Of a DNA stretch of 64,000 bases, positions 37,801 to 51,100 are shown piece after piece. This stretch comes from Klebsormidium nitens (Eukaryota > Plantae > Klebsormidiophyceae). A model generated the notes under the pieces. It was not told the DNA's origin. It was given only the letters and a program-made list of their open reading frames with translations, and did no database searches. The stretch lies in the NCBI GenBank assembly GCA_000708835.1, contig DF237060.1, positions 129,787 through 193,786 of the forward strand, in the 5' to 3' direction. How positions within the stretch are numbered: position 1 is the first letter of the stretch; every line of letters starts with the position of its first letter. A program made the translations under genes and the position numbers.

Positions 37801-40604
37801 CTTGAGAGCGTCCTGCTGCTCGAGAACACAGCCGCCGAGGACGGACGCGCGCTCGCGCGCGTGCACTTCTCGGCTTTAGAAGAAGCTAACGACTTGAGGA
37901 ACGAGTGTATGCGGCTGGAGAGGGAGCTCGCGGCCGCGCGGGCGGAGGGTTCGGGGTTTAGGGCCGCGGGCGAGCGGCTGGCGGCGGCGCTGCGCGTGGA
38001 GGCGCAGGCAAAGAAGGGCGCAATCGCGGCGCAGCGGATCTTGGGGCAGAAGCTCAAGAAGGCGCGCGCGGAGGGGGCCGAGCTGGACGCGGAAGTCAGC
38101 AGGTAAGAAGTGCGCGATACATTCTTGCTTTGAGAAGTGCACTTACATTAACTTTGTTATTCTGGTAAGGCTCATTTGCAGAAGCTGAAGAAGTAGAGCT
38201 CCGAGGGGGGCGAGAATCAGAGAAATCTCGCCGTTTGACGGTGTATTTTTGTCAATTATTGCGGGTGGACGCTGCCAGGACGTACGTATAAGGCTGTCGC
38301 GAAAACACAGTTTGCTACAGAGCATGCATATGATGGTAGATGGTCGCAGAATGGCGGAAAATGGAACACGAGCCCGTTTGAGGCGGAAACACGGCACAAA
38401 TAGTTCGTCACGTAGAAGAAGTTCAATAGAGAAACGTCGGGACCCGTGAAAGAGCCCACAGCTTCTGAAGTCTGACTACATTTGCTTGAAATTACTAGGA
38501 TGGAATAAAGGGCTCATATTTATACACTCGTGGTTCCTGGATGCGCTCAAAGTGTCACACCCTCCTTCCATGCAGTCTCCAAGAACAGCTCCAGAGCAAG
38601 GCCGCCGAGTGCCACCTCGCACACCAGCACGTGACGTCAGCCCAGAAGGCCCTGCACGCATCCGAAGCAGACCACCAAAAGGCCCTGTTCCAGGCGGCAG
38701 CGGCCGCGCAGGAAGAGCGGCTACGAGCCGCCGGAAAGATAGCAGAGCTTGAGGCGCTGGTGGGCTTCCACGAGACGGAGTTCCGGCGGAAGGCGGAGGA
38801 GGCGGAAGCGCTGCGAGCGGACCGGAACGGTGGGGCGGTCAGAGTGGCGGAGTTGGAGGGGGAGGTGCAGCGCGTGCGGGGATTGCTGGCAAAGGCGGAC
38901 GAAGAGGTGCGCTTTGGGCGCTTCCTATTCTCCTCCTTATGCCAACGGTTTTTCAACGAAAGACTTGTTTCTTCGTTGTCGTGTCGTCCTCTTTTGTCTT
39001 CTTCTCGCTAGGTCCAGGTCACGTTTCGTGAGCTCCTACGGAGAACTCGCGCTCTTGTAGCGCGTTTCGTCCGCTTTCCTTGCTCTGCTCGCTAAAAGGT
39101 GGTTGCTGCCTACCAGAAAAGCGGTTGTTTGATAGGCTTGTCGTCTTCCGTAGGCCGGGTCGAAAGTAGAGAGCTCGCGACCAGGAGGCTGTACAAGAAC
39201 GTCCCCATCGCATGAGCGCTTAAAATGGAGACTCCAGAGCCCTAGCAAAGCTGGCTGGTCTCCTTGAACATTGCTTTCAGCCTTGATGCGACACATAAAC
39301 CCCTCGATGCAAATTGAGGTTTTCAAATGATGGAGAGCCTTACTACCGACCTTTCCGCTTCCCAGGCTGAACTGAAGGTCCGTCGAGCAACCGAAGAGGG
39401 CCTCGCGGCCGCCCGGGCGCTCGAGCGGCGCCTCCAAGAGCAGGAAGCAGAGGCGGAACGCGTCGCGCAGACCGCCCGGGAAGAGGCAACCGGGCAGGCC
39501 GAGGCACGTGCACAGTCTAGTTTGCAGATTGAGCAGTTGCGGGCGGAGCGACTGGGGGAGCGCGTGAGGACCTTGGAGAAGGAGAGAGTCGACGAGCGGC
39601 GATTTGTGGAGAGTTACCGGAGGGAGCGGGATGCAGCGGAGGCGGCCCGTCGGGAGGTGAGTTTAGGACAATGCTTTAAGGTTCGATTCTTCATAGCGCG
39701 CTATGGTCCCCTTTGGATTCGCTCATTGCAGTTTTGTCTTGTTTCCTCCGGCCTCGCTTTGACTGTGCTCTTGTAACTGGACTCCAACGTTTGGACTGGC
39801 GTCTCTTAGGCAGCCAACAATCACGCATGTAGATCTTGAAGACTTTTGTATGACGAACCAAAAGTGACGGTGGATCGGCCGAAGACGCACGCGAGACGAT
39901 TAGATCCTCTCTAGGCTCCTGGAGCTTTGCGGGCAGCGCTACGCTCGTACCTAAAATTCCCCTCACCACAAAGCCCTCGGTGAATCTAAATTACGGAACA
40001 TTACATGAAGCTGCGTAAGTTTGGCGTAAAGAACCGCGGGATCGCTGTGAAGGAATGAGCATAGCGGTCGATCGAATTTGAATGCAAGTTGCGATCCAGT
40101 CATGTTCTCCATTCACCTCTTGAGGGGTTGACGTCGTTGGCGGTATTACCTCAAAGAGCCTTAAACAGCCACACGGAACCAAGGCTTTTTGACCAATCAC
40201 AACGTTGCCCACAGGCGGAAGCGATGCGCGCGGAAGCTCTGGAGTACACGCGGGCGATGGAGAGCCGATGTCGGGAGGAGCTGGCAAGAATGGAGGTGAG
40301 GCTGACGTACTTGACTATGGCGTGTCAAGATGACGTCTGTCGCCAGGTCGCCCGAAACGCCTAATCTTCGAGCAGGCTGATGCCGCTCGCTGTGGAGTGA
40401 CTATGATCCTGAGATGCGCAAACCAATTGGGAATCTTTTACATAGATTTGCTGATCTGACGACGTACAGTCGATTGTACTGTCTTTGCTACAATTGTGCT
40501 ACTTCGTCACTCTTTTGGACGCGCAGGAAACGCGAGGTCCGATGTTACAGAAAGGGAATGATGAGTCAGAATCTCGCACAAGCGGCAACAAGCCTCGGAG
40601 TTAG
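31838..40604 (+). CDS. Coiled-coil + Sfi1-like (centrin-binding) repeats + six-blade Kelch propeller + C-terminal coiled-coil protein, ~1,350 aa
   Basis: Phase-consistent exons: 31838-31870, 32357-32608, 33149-34370, 34815-35024, 35400-35576, 35880-36047, 36477-36781, 37222-38102, 38576-38906, 39012-39056, 39366-39656, 40215-40295, tentative last exon 40527-40604. Kelch motifs: PRSGH..VVVFGGWNG, ARNDH..LVFGGFDG, LSHAS..ALFGGY, RARRGH..VVHGGYDG, APRRGH..LIHGGFDG, and after an insertion EGRAFH..VVIGG. Trp-periodic repeats such as AVAWRRRTLLRTGWVAWR fit Ax7LLx3(F/L/W)x2W. Confidence 0.8.
36776..36935 (+). repeat. Intronic tandem array of five 35-37-bp units, each copying the exon-end/5' splice site
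   Basis: GTGCTG|GTAGGT (36782, true donor), |GTAACT (36817), |GTAAGT (36854), |ATAAGT (36890), |GTAAGT (36927). Confidence 0.85.
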
Positions 40605-42127
40605 CCGCAATACACGGACGATGTCCTGACTGGAGACTCTCGTGTGCCATGTGCAGGAGAAGGTCAGGGCTGCAGGGTTGGCCCGGTGGCAAGCAGACGC
40701 AGAAGTAGGAACGGAGGATAAAGAAAGGGGCGGCGAGGCGCGGCATCAAGTAGAGGTGCTGTTAGAGGCATCGCTTGGGGGGTGATCATGGAAGCATCTC
40801 TGAGGTCTGGCTCTGACACTGGAACTTGACGCCGCTCTTCCCTGGCTGTTTCCTGGCCTTTCAAGCCTCTGCTTCGTTCTACCGTGCATAGCCCACGACA
40901 ATATTGGCAATCAATCTGGCTCTATGGGAGGATTGGTCAAATCTGTTTCTTGAACACCTGTAAGCCTCAGGACGGCGGCGATCAAGTAGTGTCGTTTGTC
41001 GTTCGTGCGATGTCTGCCTCCAGTACTCTAGATCAGGCAGCCAACTGTTCGCTAGGTTCTCTATATAGCACCCAACTATTCGCTAGGTCCTCTTCGTTCT
41101 GTGTACGATTTGTGGAAAAACATGCACATTCGCCCACATTCCCGGCCCCATGTCATCTTATACTTCTGCTTCAGGATCCTCATGTAGCCTAACGTAGTTA
41201 ATCTCAGCCAAAGGTACATTGGCCAGATCGAGGATTCCACGCGAACGCAATTGCATTCGTTGGTGGCGCAACAAGACAACTGACATGTGCAACAAGAGGC
41301 CAGCTGGCAGCTGCGTGCAAATCAAGCAAGCGCTGTACAATTGGCCCCCTAGCTCCCAACCCTGAACTACGTTATGCTAGCTCGTGCTTATATGAGTGAC
41401 TGGCATATCCAACCGTACATCGTGGTAAACAATTGTCACCATTGCCATGCAAGAACTGTTTGCTCTGCGAGCTGGCACCAAATCTGAAGAGCTGCAAAAG
41501 CTCTTCAGAGTCTCGAGTACCTAGGTAGACTTTCGTTGTGGGCCTTGCATGTGATATAGCGTATAGGCGACCTGTGCATGAAATTGGGACCGAATTGAAT
41601 GAAGCATGGTACCGCTTGGGGCTTTTTGATAGATCCTGGTATGTACCGTTCAGTTTGACCGACGTATAGCCTATAGCATTACATGCTGTGTAGTGTGCAG
41701 AGTTGAGCAAGGCAGCGCTGGCAACCTAGCACTAGGCAGCATATGGGAACGTCATGGCGCCTTTGAGCTTTGAGGGTTTGCCAGGCGTCTCGACTCTCAG
41801 CGCGAAAGGAAGGCATTCCCTTTTTGGCCCCTTGCTTGTGTGTGCGGCCCTCTTGTCTAATCCTTCGAGGCATTGCAATTTGAAAGTGATTCCATCAAGA
41901 GAGTTCAAAAGCTGTTGATGAACTTCGTAAGTTGCCTAGCTTTGAAACCTCAGCGTTTGAATTTCAAGAAAGGGCATAGGGCTGACTGTTTGACTACCAC
42001 CTTGCGAGAAGGAGAAAGTCAGCACCAGTGATACATTTGGTGCGGGCGGAGCAGCTGATGAAAGCTGACTGATTCCATGTTGCCGTTGGGGTAGGTGGAG
42101 ACAGTGCGCAAGTGGAAGAACACAAGA

Positions 42128-45100
42128 ATGGCGTTTCTGAATTGGTTCTTCAAGAAGCCACCAGAGGGACTCGTTCAAGTCTCTGATAGGGTTTATGGTG
42201 AGTCTCTCAGGTTGCTTCATTGCTTTGTGAGAGCATTCACTTGTATCTCCAAATCGGCTTGGAAACCACCACCTGCTGCACAACAGATTGAAAGGGCTTG
42301 GTTTAGACGTGTGCTGGCGCTTAGAGGTAAAACCCTGAAACGTGCTGCTTGCTGCTTATAGTTTAGTCGATATCGCCCCCATCGCTCGACACTACTGAGG
42401 ATACAATGCCACACTGCACATGTCCACTAGCTCTGCTCTTGCTTTCATTGCGTCAGATCTCAGAACTTGACAGAGGCGTTGCAAAGGATTGAAATCGATG
42501 CCCGCTGATATTAGCTTCATTCCGACAAGACAACCAAAGCTTTCTGAGCTGCTTTCCTCGCTTGTCAGTGCTGGTAGGTTTGACCCTTGCTTTTGGGTGA
42601 TTTGAATCAAGCTGCGGAGGATTCGTCGCTGGGCATGTTTCTGAAGTGCAAGCGCCGAATGAAGATGCCGGCATATATTCTGGAGTGCCTCTGACTCCAA
42701 TTCACTCTCTCATTTCGAAGCAGTCGGTTGTGGGGCATGTATATGCCTGCACCACAGCACTGCTGACTCGCTGTAGTTGCACGGCCGTTGCTCCGCACTT
42801 GATTTGCAACAATCTACAGGTCGGTACACTCATGTGCGGAAGTCCGGACTCTCATAAGTTTGCATCTGGCAAGTTCTTTCTGACCGCTTGGATTCAAAGG
42901 TTGACCACTTTGGGTACTCAACCTGGTCACTTCAATGCTGGACACTCTGAATCTCTTGCAGTATGCTGCAAGTTCACCCTGACATTTGTCTTGAACAGAG
43001 TAACTGGTACTTCGAAACCTCAGCCTTATCGAGAGCCTCTCATTTCCCCCCAGTCTTCAACTCGGTGTTCTCCCTGGACCCCCTCGAGGAGCAGGCCTAC
43101 ACGCGCTACATCGAGGACACCGCCAAGAAGCTGCGCGGCACTTTCCCAGAAAGCGCGTTCATGGTCTTCAACTTCAAGAAGGACGAGCGCAAGAGCCGGT
43201 TCACAGAGCTGCTGGGGCAACTAGACATGACGGTCATGGACTACCCGTTCCACTACGAGGGCTGCCCTCTCCTCAGCATGGAGATGATCCACCACTTTGT
43301 GACAACGTCCGACAACTGGCTGAGCGTCGACGTGAACAAGAACCAGATCCTGCTGCACTGCGATTACGGGGGGTGGCCGCTGCTAGTGTTCATCATCTCG
43401 TGCTTTCTCATCTTCCGACACGAGCAGACGGGGGAGACCAAGACACTAGACTTGGTCCAGAGAGAGGCGCCTCGGGGGCTGCTGCAAGAAGTGTCGGCGA
43501 TCAATTACAGCGCTTCGCAGGTCCGCTATCTGCAGTACATTTCCAGGCGGAATGTGAAGGCAGATGAGTGGCCGCCAAATGACAAGATTCTGGTGCTGGA
43601 CTGTTTGATCATGCGCACGGTGCCGAGCTTCAATGCGGACGGGGGGTGCCGGCCAGTGGTGCGCCTCTATGGAAGGGACCCCCATGGGAGCAGCCAGGCG
43701 ACCGAGCAGATCTTTTCAATGGGCAAGAAGAGCCGCTCGACCAAGGCGTACAGCAAGGTCGGTTATCATACTAGCTCGTTTTGCTGGTCGAAGAAAACTT
43801 GTCTGACAGTCACCTTGCAGTTGGAGCCGCATGCGAAAGACCTGTTGTAACACCACTCATGGTACGTTGTTTCCAAGGCTGAACCATGACTACCTCGAGG
43901 GAAATACACCGACCTCCTTCTTAATGTGGAGCGTCCTTATCCGGTGTCACTCCCAAGGATGTTTGAGAGTTGCCAGGTTTCGGGTCAGACTTGTCTCGAA
44001 AGTTGCACACCTGTATACTGAAGAGACCTTTGTCTGCTGCTACAAACCTCGTCTCTATCGAACTGATTCAAAGTCTTCTCAAAAATGACAACATAAAGTC
44101 GTTTCCGAAGTTTCAAATCTTTGATAATTGGCCCTTGAACAATTTCAAAGTGAAGCAATGGACAGGGATGCGTGCACCTTCGTGCAGAGCTGAGAAAACG
44201 CCGTGCCCTTAGAAGCTTCGTCTTATTCACATCTCGTCAGCACCTGTACATACCTCTCCTGGGGAGATCTGAGCAGGCATCATTTTCCAAACTTCGCACG
44301 GTTGCCAGGTAGCCAGGGTCCCTGTTCCTTACCCCTCTTCTTGGAAAGACATTCTCTCGAACCATGGAACGGTTTCGTCTTACTGCCATGAAGCATTCTC
44401 TCTCTAAAGAAAGCGCTTCATACCGTTTCTCTCTGCAGCGGGACACTGACGTCATCAAGATCGACATCCAGTGTGCGGTGCACGGCGATGTCGTGATGGA
44501 GTGCATCCATCTGGACCTGGAGTCTGACCGCGAGAAGGAGGAGCTCATGTTCCGGATCGTCTTCAACACGGCCTTCGTGCGGTCCAACCTGCTGATGCTG
44601 TCGCGGGATGACATCGACATTCCGTGGAACACCAAGGAGCGCTTTGAGAAGGAGTTCAGGGCTGAGGTATGCTGCTGCGGTTAGATCCACAAAACCGAGG
44701 ATAGGGTTGATCGGGGTCAGACTGTTTTGTACGAACAGGCTCTCAACATCTCAGCGAAGGGGCACTTTCACGATGGAGTTCAATGCGGAGATAGGACCTC
44801 TGCTTCTTGGGTAATGCAGGTTTAGGGCAGGCTTTAGAAGGGTGTTTGCAAGGGCCGCCTCAGGAAGTGCCTGATTGAGCAGTGCGTAGATCGTTAGAAG
44901 CAGGCAATCACCTCAGCTGGAAGTGTAGAAAGTATGCGACAGTGCGTGCGTCTGAAAAGCGCCACCAGGTCACAATCTATCCTTTCATTGGCTAGATCGT
45001 CCAAGCCCCAAGCCTTGTTGCGGCGGTACATAGACTGGCAATGAAGGACACAGCTATCTCCTCTTTCAGGGGTTCAGTTGTTCTTTCAGGCGCAGTTGTT

Positions 45101-48100
45101 TGTCGTTACATGGCAGTGAAACGGAGGAAATGACCAGGTGGGAGGGAAAGTGGATTACAACGGAGGGGGAAGCCTTGACTAGTGCAAACTCCTTTCACAG
45201 ATCCTGTCTTTCCCTGCAAAAGCAGTTCTGACACGCCACAATCAAGACGGACAAAACCAAGAGCTATAAATAAGCAATTACATTATGTGACTGTCTCTAT
45301 TCAATGTCAAGAGACCCATACACGTGCCCCTTGCAGGCCCTGTTCGGCAACCCCGAGACGTTCCAGTACCACGAGCCCGTGCACCGCTCGTCCATGTTCG
45401 GTGACCGCGACGACGAGTCGGTCAGCTCGGACCTCGTCCCGACCTCCCCCCCTTCCACCTCCGACTCCCCGCGCCGCGCCTTCGCGCGGGTCCACTCCGC
45501 AGAGACCCTCTCCGAGTACGAAAACGGCGTCAGCAAGTTCACGATCTACGGCTCCTCCCCCGACCTCGCCTCACAGGGCCTTTCTCCAATGTCGTCAAAC
45601 GCCAGCCAGGGTTTCTCGCAGCCGTCGCCCCCGGGTTCCGCGCGCCAGAGCACCTCCGGCCAAAAGCTGTCGAGTCCGCTGCCCCCGCTCGCCCCGCACC
45701 CGAGACCCCCTCCGCCGCCCCCCCTGAAATTGGGAGGCCCCCCTCCGCCTCCCCCCCCTCCGCGACCAATTTCGAGCTCAGCGCCCCCACCCCCTCCGCC
45801 CCCACCCCGACCACCGTCCGCCTCCGCGCCTCCCCCCCTCCCCCTCCGCCTCTNNNNNNNNNNNNNNNNNNNNCCGACCACCGTCCGCCTCCGCCGCCTC
45901 CCCCCCTCCCCCTCCGCCTCTTCTCCGGGGTCCTCCACACCCCCACCTCCCCACCCCGCCCCTCCGCTCCTGGCGGCCCCCCGCACCTCCGCCTCCACCC
46001 CCCCGCCTCCTGGAGCAGCCCGTGGGGGTCCGCCGCCCCCTCCCTGCCCCCCCCTGGAAGAGCAAGTGGCGGTCCGCCTCTGCCGCCTCCCCCCCGAGGC
46101 AGAGGAGGTGGGCCCCCACCGCCGCCCCCGCCCCCCGGGGGGTCGAGGAGGACCGCCACCACCGCCGCCACCACCGGGGGGACGAGGAGGCCCGCCTCCA
46201 CCCCCTCCTCCACCAGGTAAACCTGACGTTCAAGTAGACCCCTGCTGATTGGATCAAAGCGCCATCCAACCCGCTTTGTGAGGGTTGCAGCATTCGCAGG
46301 CAGGCTTCCCTTTCTTGGCTTTAAATTTGAGTCTTGGCCTGCTTAGTCCTCAGGGGCATGTTTGGAGGACTTGGTTCGTGTACCTCGACCAGTGTGAATC
46401 TAGCAAGCACCACGTGACGCTAGTGTGCTCGGGTCTTGCAGGCGGTCGAGGCGGCCCACCTCCTCCTCCGCCACCACCCGGTAAGAAACGTGTGCACTCT
46501 TCGTGCGCGTTGTTCGTCTTTGTCTGCTTCCGACCTTGACTTCATGAGAATTGTTCGGCCTGCAGGGAGGTTCTTACTGCTTGCACTCCCACCGTTCACG
46601 AGGCGCCTCTTTTCTTGTACGCTTTTCCAAGCCTAAGAGTAGCATACGAACAAGACGCGATTCTCTGTGCAGGCGGCAGAGGCGGCCCGCGCCCTCCTCC
46701 CCCACCCCCCGGCGGCAGAGGCGGCCCCCGGGCCCCCCCTCCACCGGGCGGCAGAGGTCGGGGCGCTCCCCCACCCCCTCCAGGGGGTGCACTCCGCCCT
46801 CCCATGGTTCGCCCTGTCGTGCCAGAAAAGCCCGCGAAGCCCCTGAAACCCCTCCACTGGCAGAAGATCGTGCGGCCGATGGAGGGATCCCTCTGGGCTG
46901 CCGCGCAGGAAGACGAGCAGCGGCCGGAGATCGACGTGGACGAACTGCAGTCGCTGTTTGCGATGGCGGCGCCGGCTAAGCCCGCGGCGGCGGCCGAGCG
47001 GAAGGGGGTGGAGGCCAAGCCGCAGAGGGTCAATCTCGTGAGTTGGGAGCTGCAACGAGAGGGCAAACATCTTGCGTTCGCAAGAACTCGTGTATCTAGC
47101 TTGGCTGTCTCAGAGTGGTCCAAATCGGGACTGAGGGACTTGTCATTTCTTTGGGCGTTGGTCATTTGATTATTTCAAATAGACTCTTGTACCGGACCAC
47201 TGAGGCTCAAAGTTAGAGCCGTCTCAGCAAGTCAGCTGCTTCCCTGATCAATTTGTTTCTGTGCAGATTGACTTGCGGAGGGCGAACAATTGCGAGATCA
47301 TGCTTACGAAAGTCAAGATGCCGCTGCCCGAAATGCTCGTAAGTGGCTGGCGTCTTTGAAAAGGAATCCCACACGCTTCCGCAGACCCACTTCTTTGTGA
47401 TCGTGCAAGCCGCCGTTGAAAGTGTTCATTTCGTTGCAACCGACTCTTCCATGCTTCTCACGGTCTGCTGCAGAAACTACTGCATCTGATGCTGTCGAAC
47501 AACCACGTCAGGAGCAAAATCGACGAGCATTTGCAAGGATCATTTCGTCCTCATGATTTGACCCTATTTGTCCTCCTACTCTGCAATAGACATGCTTCAT
47601 TCCTGAGTGTCTGACGCAACAGTTGCTGAGATATGCGTCAACTGAGCCTGTTGACACTCATTGCTACAGGCTGCCATCCTAAGGCTGGACGACAAGTCGC
47701 TGGATACGGACACGGTCGAGAACCTGATCAAGTTCTGCCCCACCAAGGAGGAAGCGGACACGCTCAGGGCTTATGACGGGGACAAAAGCCTGCTGGGGAA
47801 GTGCGAACAGGTAGGGCCCCTTCTGTGTGACCACCAGCAAACAAATCAAATCATTCATGGCGTTGTATAAGCCACGGAAGCGGCCAGCCAAATCTTCCGT
47901 GAGCTCGGGAGTCTAGCGCATCGTCGGGGGCCTTTCTGCCTTTGGCTGCGCCCGTCCTTCAGCGGCCGTGACAGTCACGTTTGTTTATGAAGCTTCCCTT
48001 AGCGGTACTCAATCAGATACCTTTCTCAGGGTTTCGTTCGACCAAATGGTTGAGCTTTTACACGTACTTTCTTCAAATTGAGCAGGTTACAGAGTCATCT

Positions 48101-51100
48101 TTCGAGAGAACAGGGAAGGCGAAGCAGTAGGGAGAATTCCGATTTGCCGCTCAAGACTTGCGACGCTGACACTGCTCCCTCGATTTGCGCAGTTCTTTTT
48201 GGAGCTCATGAGCGTGCCCCGTATCGAAGCCAAGCTGCGCGTTTTCAGCTTCAAGATTGAGTTCAACGCCCAGGTGGAGGAGCTCAAGAAGACGCTCACG
48301 CTCATCATCAGCGCAGCAAAGGAGGTGGGTTTCCCGCAGAAGAGGCCAAGCCTTGATGAAACCGGTCTGAGTATGCCGTTGTCGTACGTTCTCAAGTTTG
48401 CCCTGGGATGCACCTGTTGTCTGTCATCAAGTGGTTGGAATCAAGCGATTTTGTGGCGTGGAATGTGATCCATAGTCGAATTGTATCTCGCTGCTGGCAC
48501 TTTCTCGACCTTTTCGGGCGTGGCAGACCTGACTTTTTCTTTAGAAAGCATTAGCACCCAAAGGCCGCTTTTCCGTAAGCACTTGGCAAACTCGGCTCGA
48601 CCCATCCCCTCAGAAAGCTTGGCCGTCTTCGTTTCACTCTATATTATTTACGAGGAAGGAGCTTGTCCTCCCCGTATACCGACAATCCGATCGTCCTCTA
48701 CTTACTCAAACCCGCTCCTCGCTGCATGCAGGTCCGTGAATCGGAGACGCTGAAGCATTTTCGCTCTTATTAGTGCAGGGGAAAGGGGTATTTTGGTCTT
48801 TTACCCGAAAATGTCTTCCGTCCTCGAGTTTGCTCATCTCTCTCCCACACCTGCAGGTCCGCGAGTCGGAGACGCTGACGCGCGTGATGCGTCAGGTGCT
48901 GGAGCTGGGGAACATCATCAACCAGGGGACGGCGCGCGGGGGCGCCAAGGCGTTCAAGCTGGACAGCTTGTCCAAGCTGGGGGACGTGCGGGCCGTCAAC
49001 AACAAGATGACGCTCATGCACTACCTGGGGAAGGTGCGCCGCTGGCCCCCACCATCGAATGCTGTCTGCTTTCGCTCTGCTGTTGCTTCAATCACGTTTG
49101 CGTTTCAAAGCTTGTGTTGGCATTTTCTTTTCAGAAAGATAGCAGTAAGTCGCTGCATCATTCGGAGACATCCTCATATTGTGCTCCACCTGTGACTTCC
49201 ACATCTATTTCGCACGGCAATTGGATGACCCCCACCTAGTTGCCCTGCTGCAATGTCGATGCAGATTACAGCTATGCGGAAAGTGCTTGAGTGCTGATGT
49301 TCGAAGTTTTTTAGTGGCTGAACTAGCTGTCGTTCCAATCAGTCTCAAACTGAAATTCGTTTACAAGTCGTCTGGGCTTGGTCAGGTACCCGTGCCAAAA
49401 GTTTGTCAACACTGTGAAAGTTGTTTCTTGTCGCACGACGATCTCTGTAGAAACAGGCGCTTCCTTGTCTGCCTTCCGCAGACCTTGCAAAAGATGCCCG
49501 ACCTGGCGGAGTTCTACAAGGAGCTGTATCCTTTTGACAACTTTCTGTCTTACCAACATCCACACACGGAGTACTCCTAACATCATCAGAACCAAACACG
49601 GAAAGTTGTCCAATATTGAAACACGCAAAACAATGACTCGATCTTTTCCTCGTAACAGACTTTGCAAAAGATGCCCGACCTGGCCGAGTTCTACAAGGAG
49701 CTGTCCCACCTGGAGCCTGCGTCCAAGGTGCAGCTGAAAGCGCTTCTGGACGAGCGGCAAGCCGTGCTCAAGGGCCTCGAGAAAGTGGAGGCGGAGCTGG
49801 CGGCCGCTGAGAATGACGGGCCCGCCAGCGAGGCGTTCTCAAAGGTAGGCTTCCGGCTGAAAATTGGCATACCTTTGTTTGTTTGGTGCTGGTTTCGACA
49901 TGCTGTGCTGATTACTGTGCCAGAAGTTGCAGATTTGATGCTGGACGACGAACAATTGCGAAAGTATATGAGTCCCGCACGTTGGGTCTGATCCACTCAG
50001 ACCGGCACAGCTGGCGTAGAATGCACTTTAACGAGCAGTCGCGGAGTGTCGGGTCGAAGTGAACCACCTGTTGGGGGGTCTGACTGCCATTTGGTCACAA
50101 AAGCTTCAGGAGCGTGAAGAGTGTGTGAGGAGTGCATAGTGTTCAAGAAAGACCGTGCTTCAAGTGTTGGAGGTCGCTCTTCTCGCAGGTTTTGCGGGAG
50201 TTCTATGACGGAGCCAAGGGGGAGGAAGAGAAGCTGAACGAGCTCTACAGGGAGATGGTATGTGGCAGGGTCCCGCCAGTCTCACAATGCATGCTGCCCG
50301 TATGCGACCCGTATCCTTTGTTTGGAAGCTCTCCCCCTGAAAGCGTTCGTTGGTGCCATGCATTCCCCAAGATGTAGCTTCTCGCTTTGCGTTCTAGCTC
50401 CTCGAGCGGTCAATATGCTTTTGCTCTGCCTTGTCCGTGCGCACTGTTGAAACTGTCGTGAAGAGGTCAGGGCTAATCAAAGCAGGAGTGCAAAACAGCC
50501 TCTGTGAATTCTTTGCAGGATAAGACGGCAGACTTGGTTGTTAGGTACTTTGGGGAGGACCCGACGAGAAAGCCGTTCGAAGATGGTAAGCCACAAACAA
50601 TTGCGCATAGAAAGATGTGAAAGGAGACTCATCATTGACGCAGTCCGGAACGTAGGTGTCTTCTAAGTAATGCATGTACCAAGCGCTGTCTACCGAGTTA
50701 TGTCTACTGCTCTCTTTCATCACGCCCTTTTATGGGCACAGGACTCTGTAAAGCGCAACTGTGAATGTTAAGAAGGGCTGCAAATCATTGGGTAACAATC
50801 TGCGGGGGGTTTAGACATGTCAGCTGAAGAGGGCATAAGTGGGTTGTAGAATCTCTGCATCAATCTCGAAAACGGCTGGCAAACATGGATGTCAGAATTA
50901 TATTATCCCTCGTGCAGTGTGCAAGGTGCTGGTCGACTTCATGAACAACTACCAGAAGGCCGTGGAGGACAACAAGGCTCAGGAAGAGGCGGAGAAGAAG
51001 AAGAAAGAAAAGGAGGAAAAGGAGCGGGCGGAGAAGGAGCGGCATGGGAAGAACAAGGCCGACGTGCCACCGTCACCAAGTAAGCTTGCGACTCGCTAAG

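Larger units (their letters stand above)
15452..39640. repeat. Large inverted segmental duplication: arm A ~15452-22560, arm B ~31710-39640, ~9-kb spacer
   Basis: Reverse complement of arm A aligns by eye to arm B across exons and introns (e.g. atggagctcggRgctaYYggcagYcccagacaggtgagc; gtcaggatgacgtggcaaccatt), with many substitutions and indels. Confidence 0.9.

Noticed and set aside
45874-46140. Apparent frameshifts in the formin FH1 exon
   Set aside because: They lie in poly-C runs beside a 20-N gap; most likely sequencing or assembly error.
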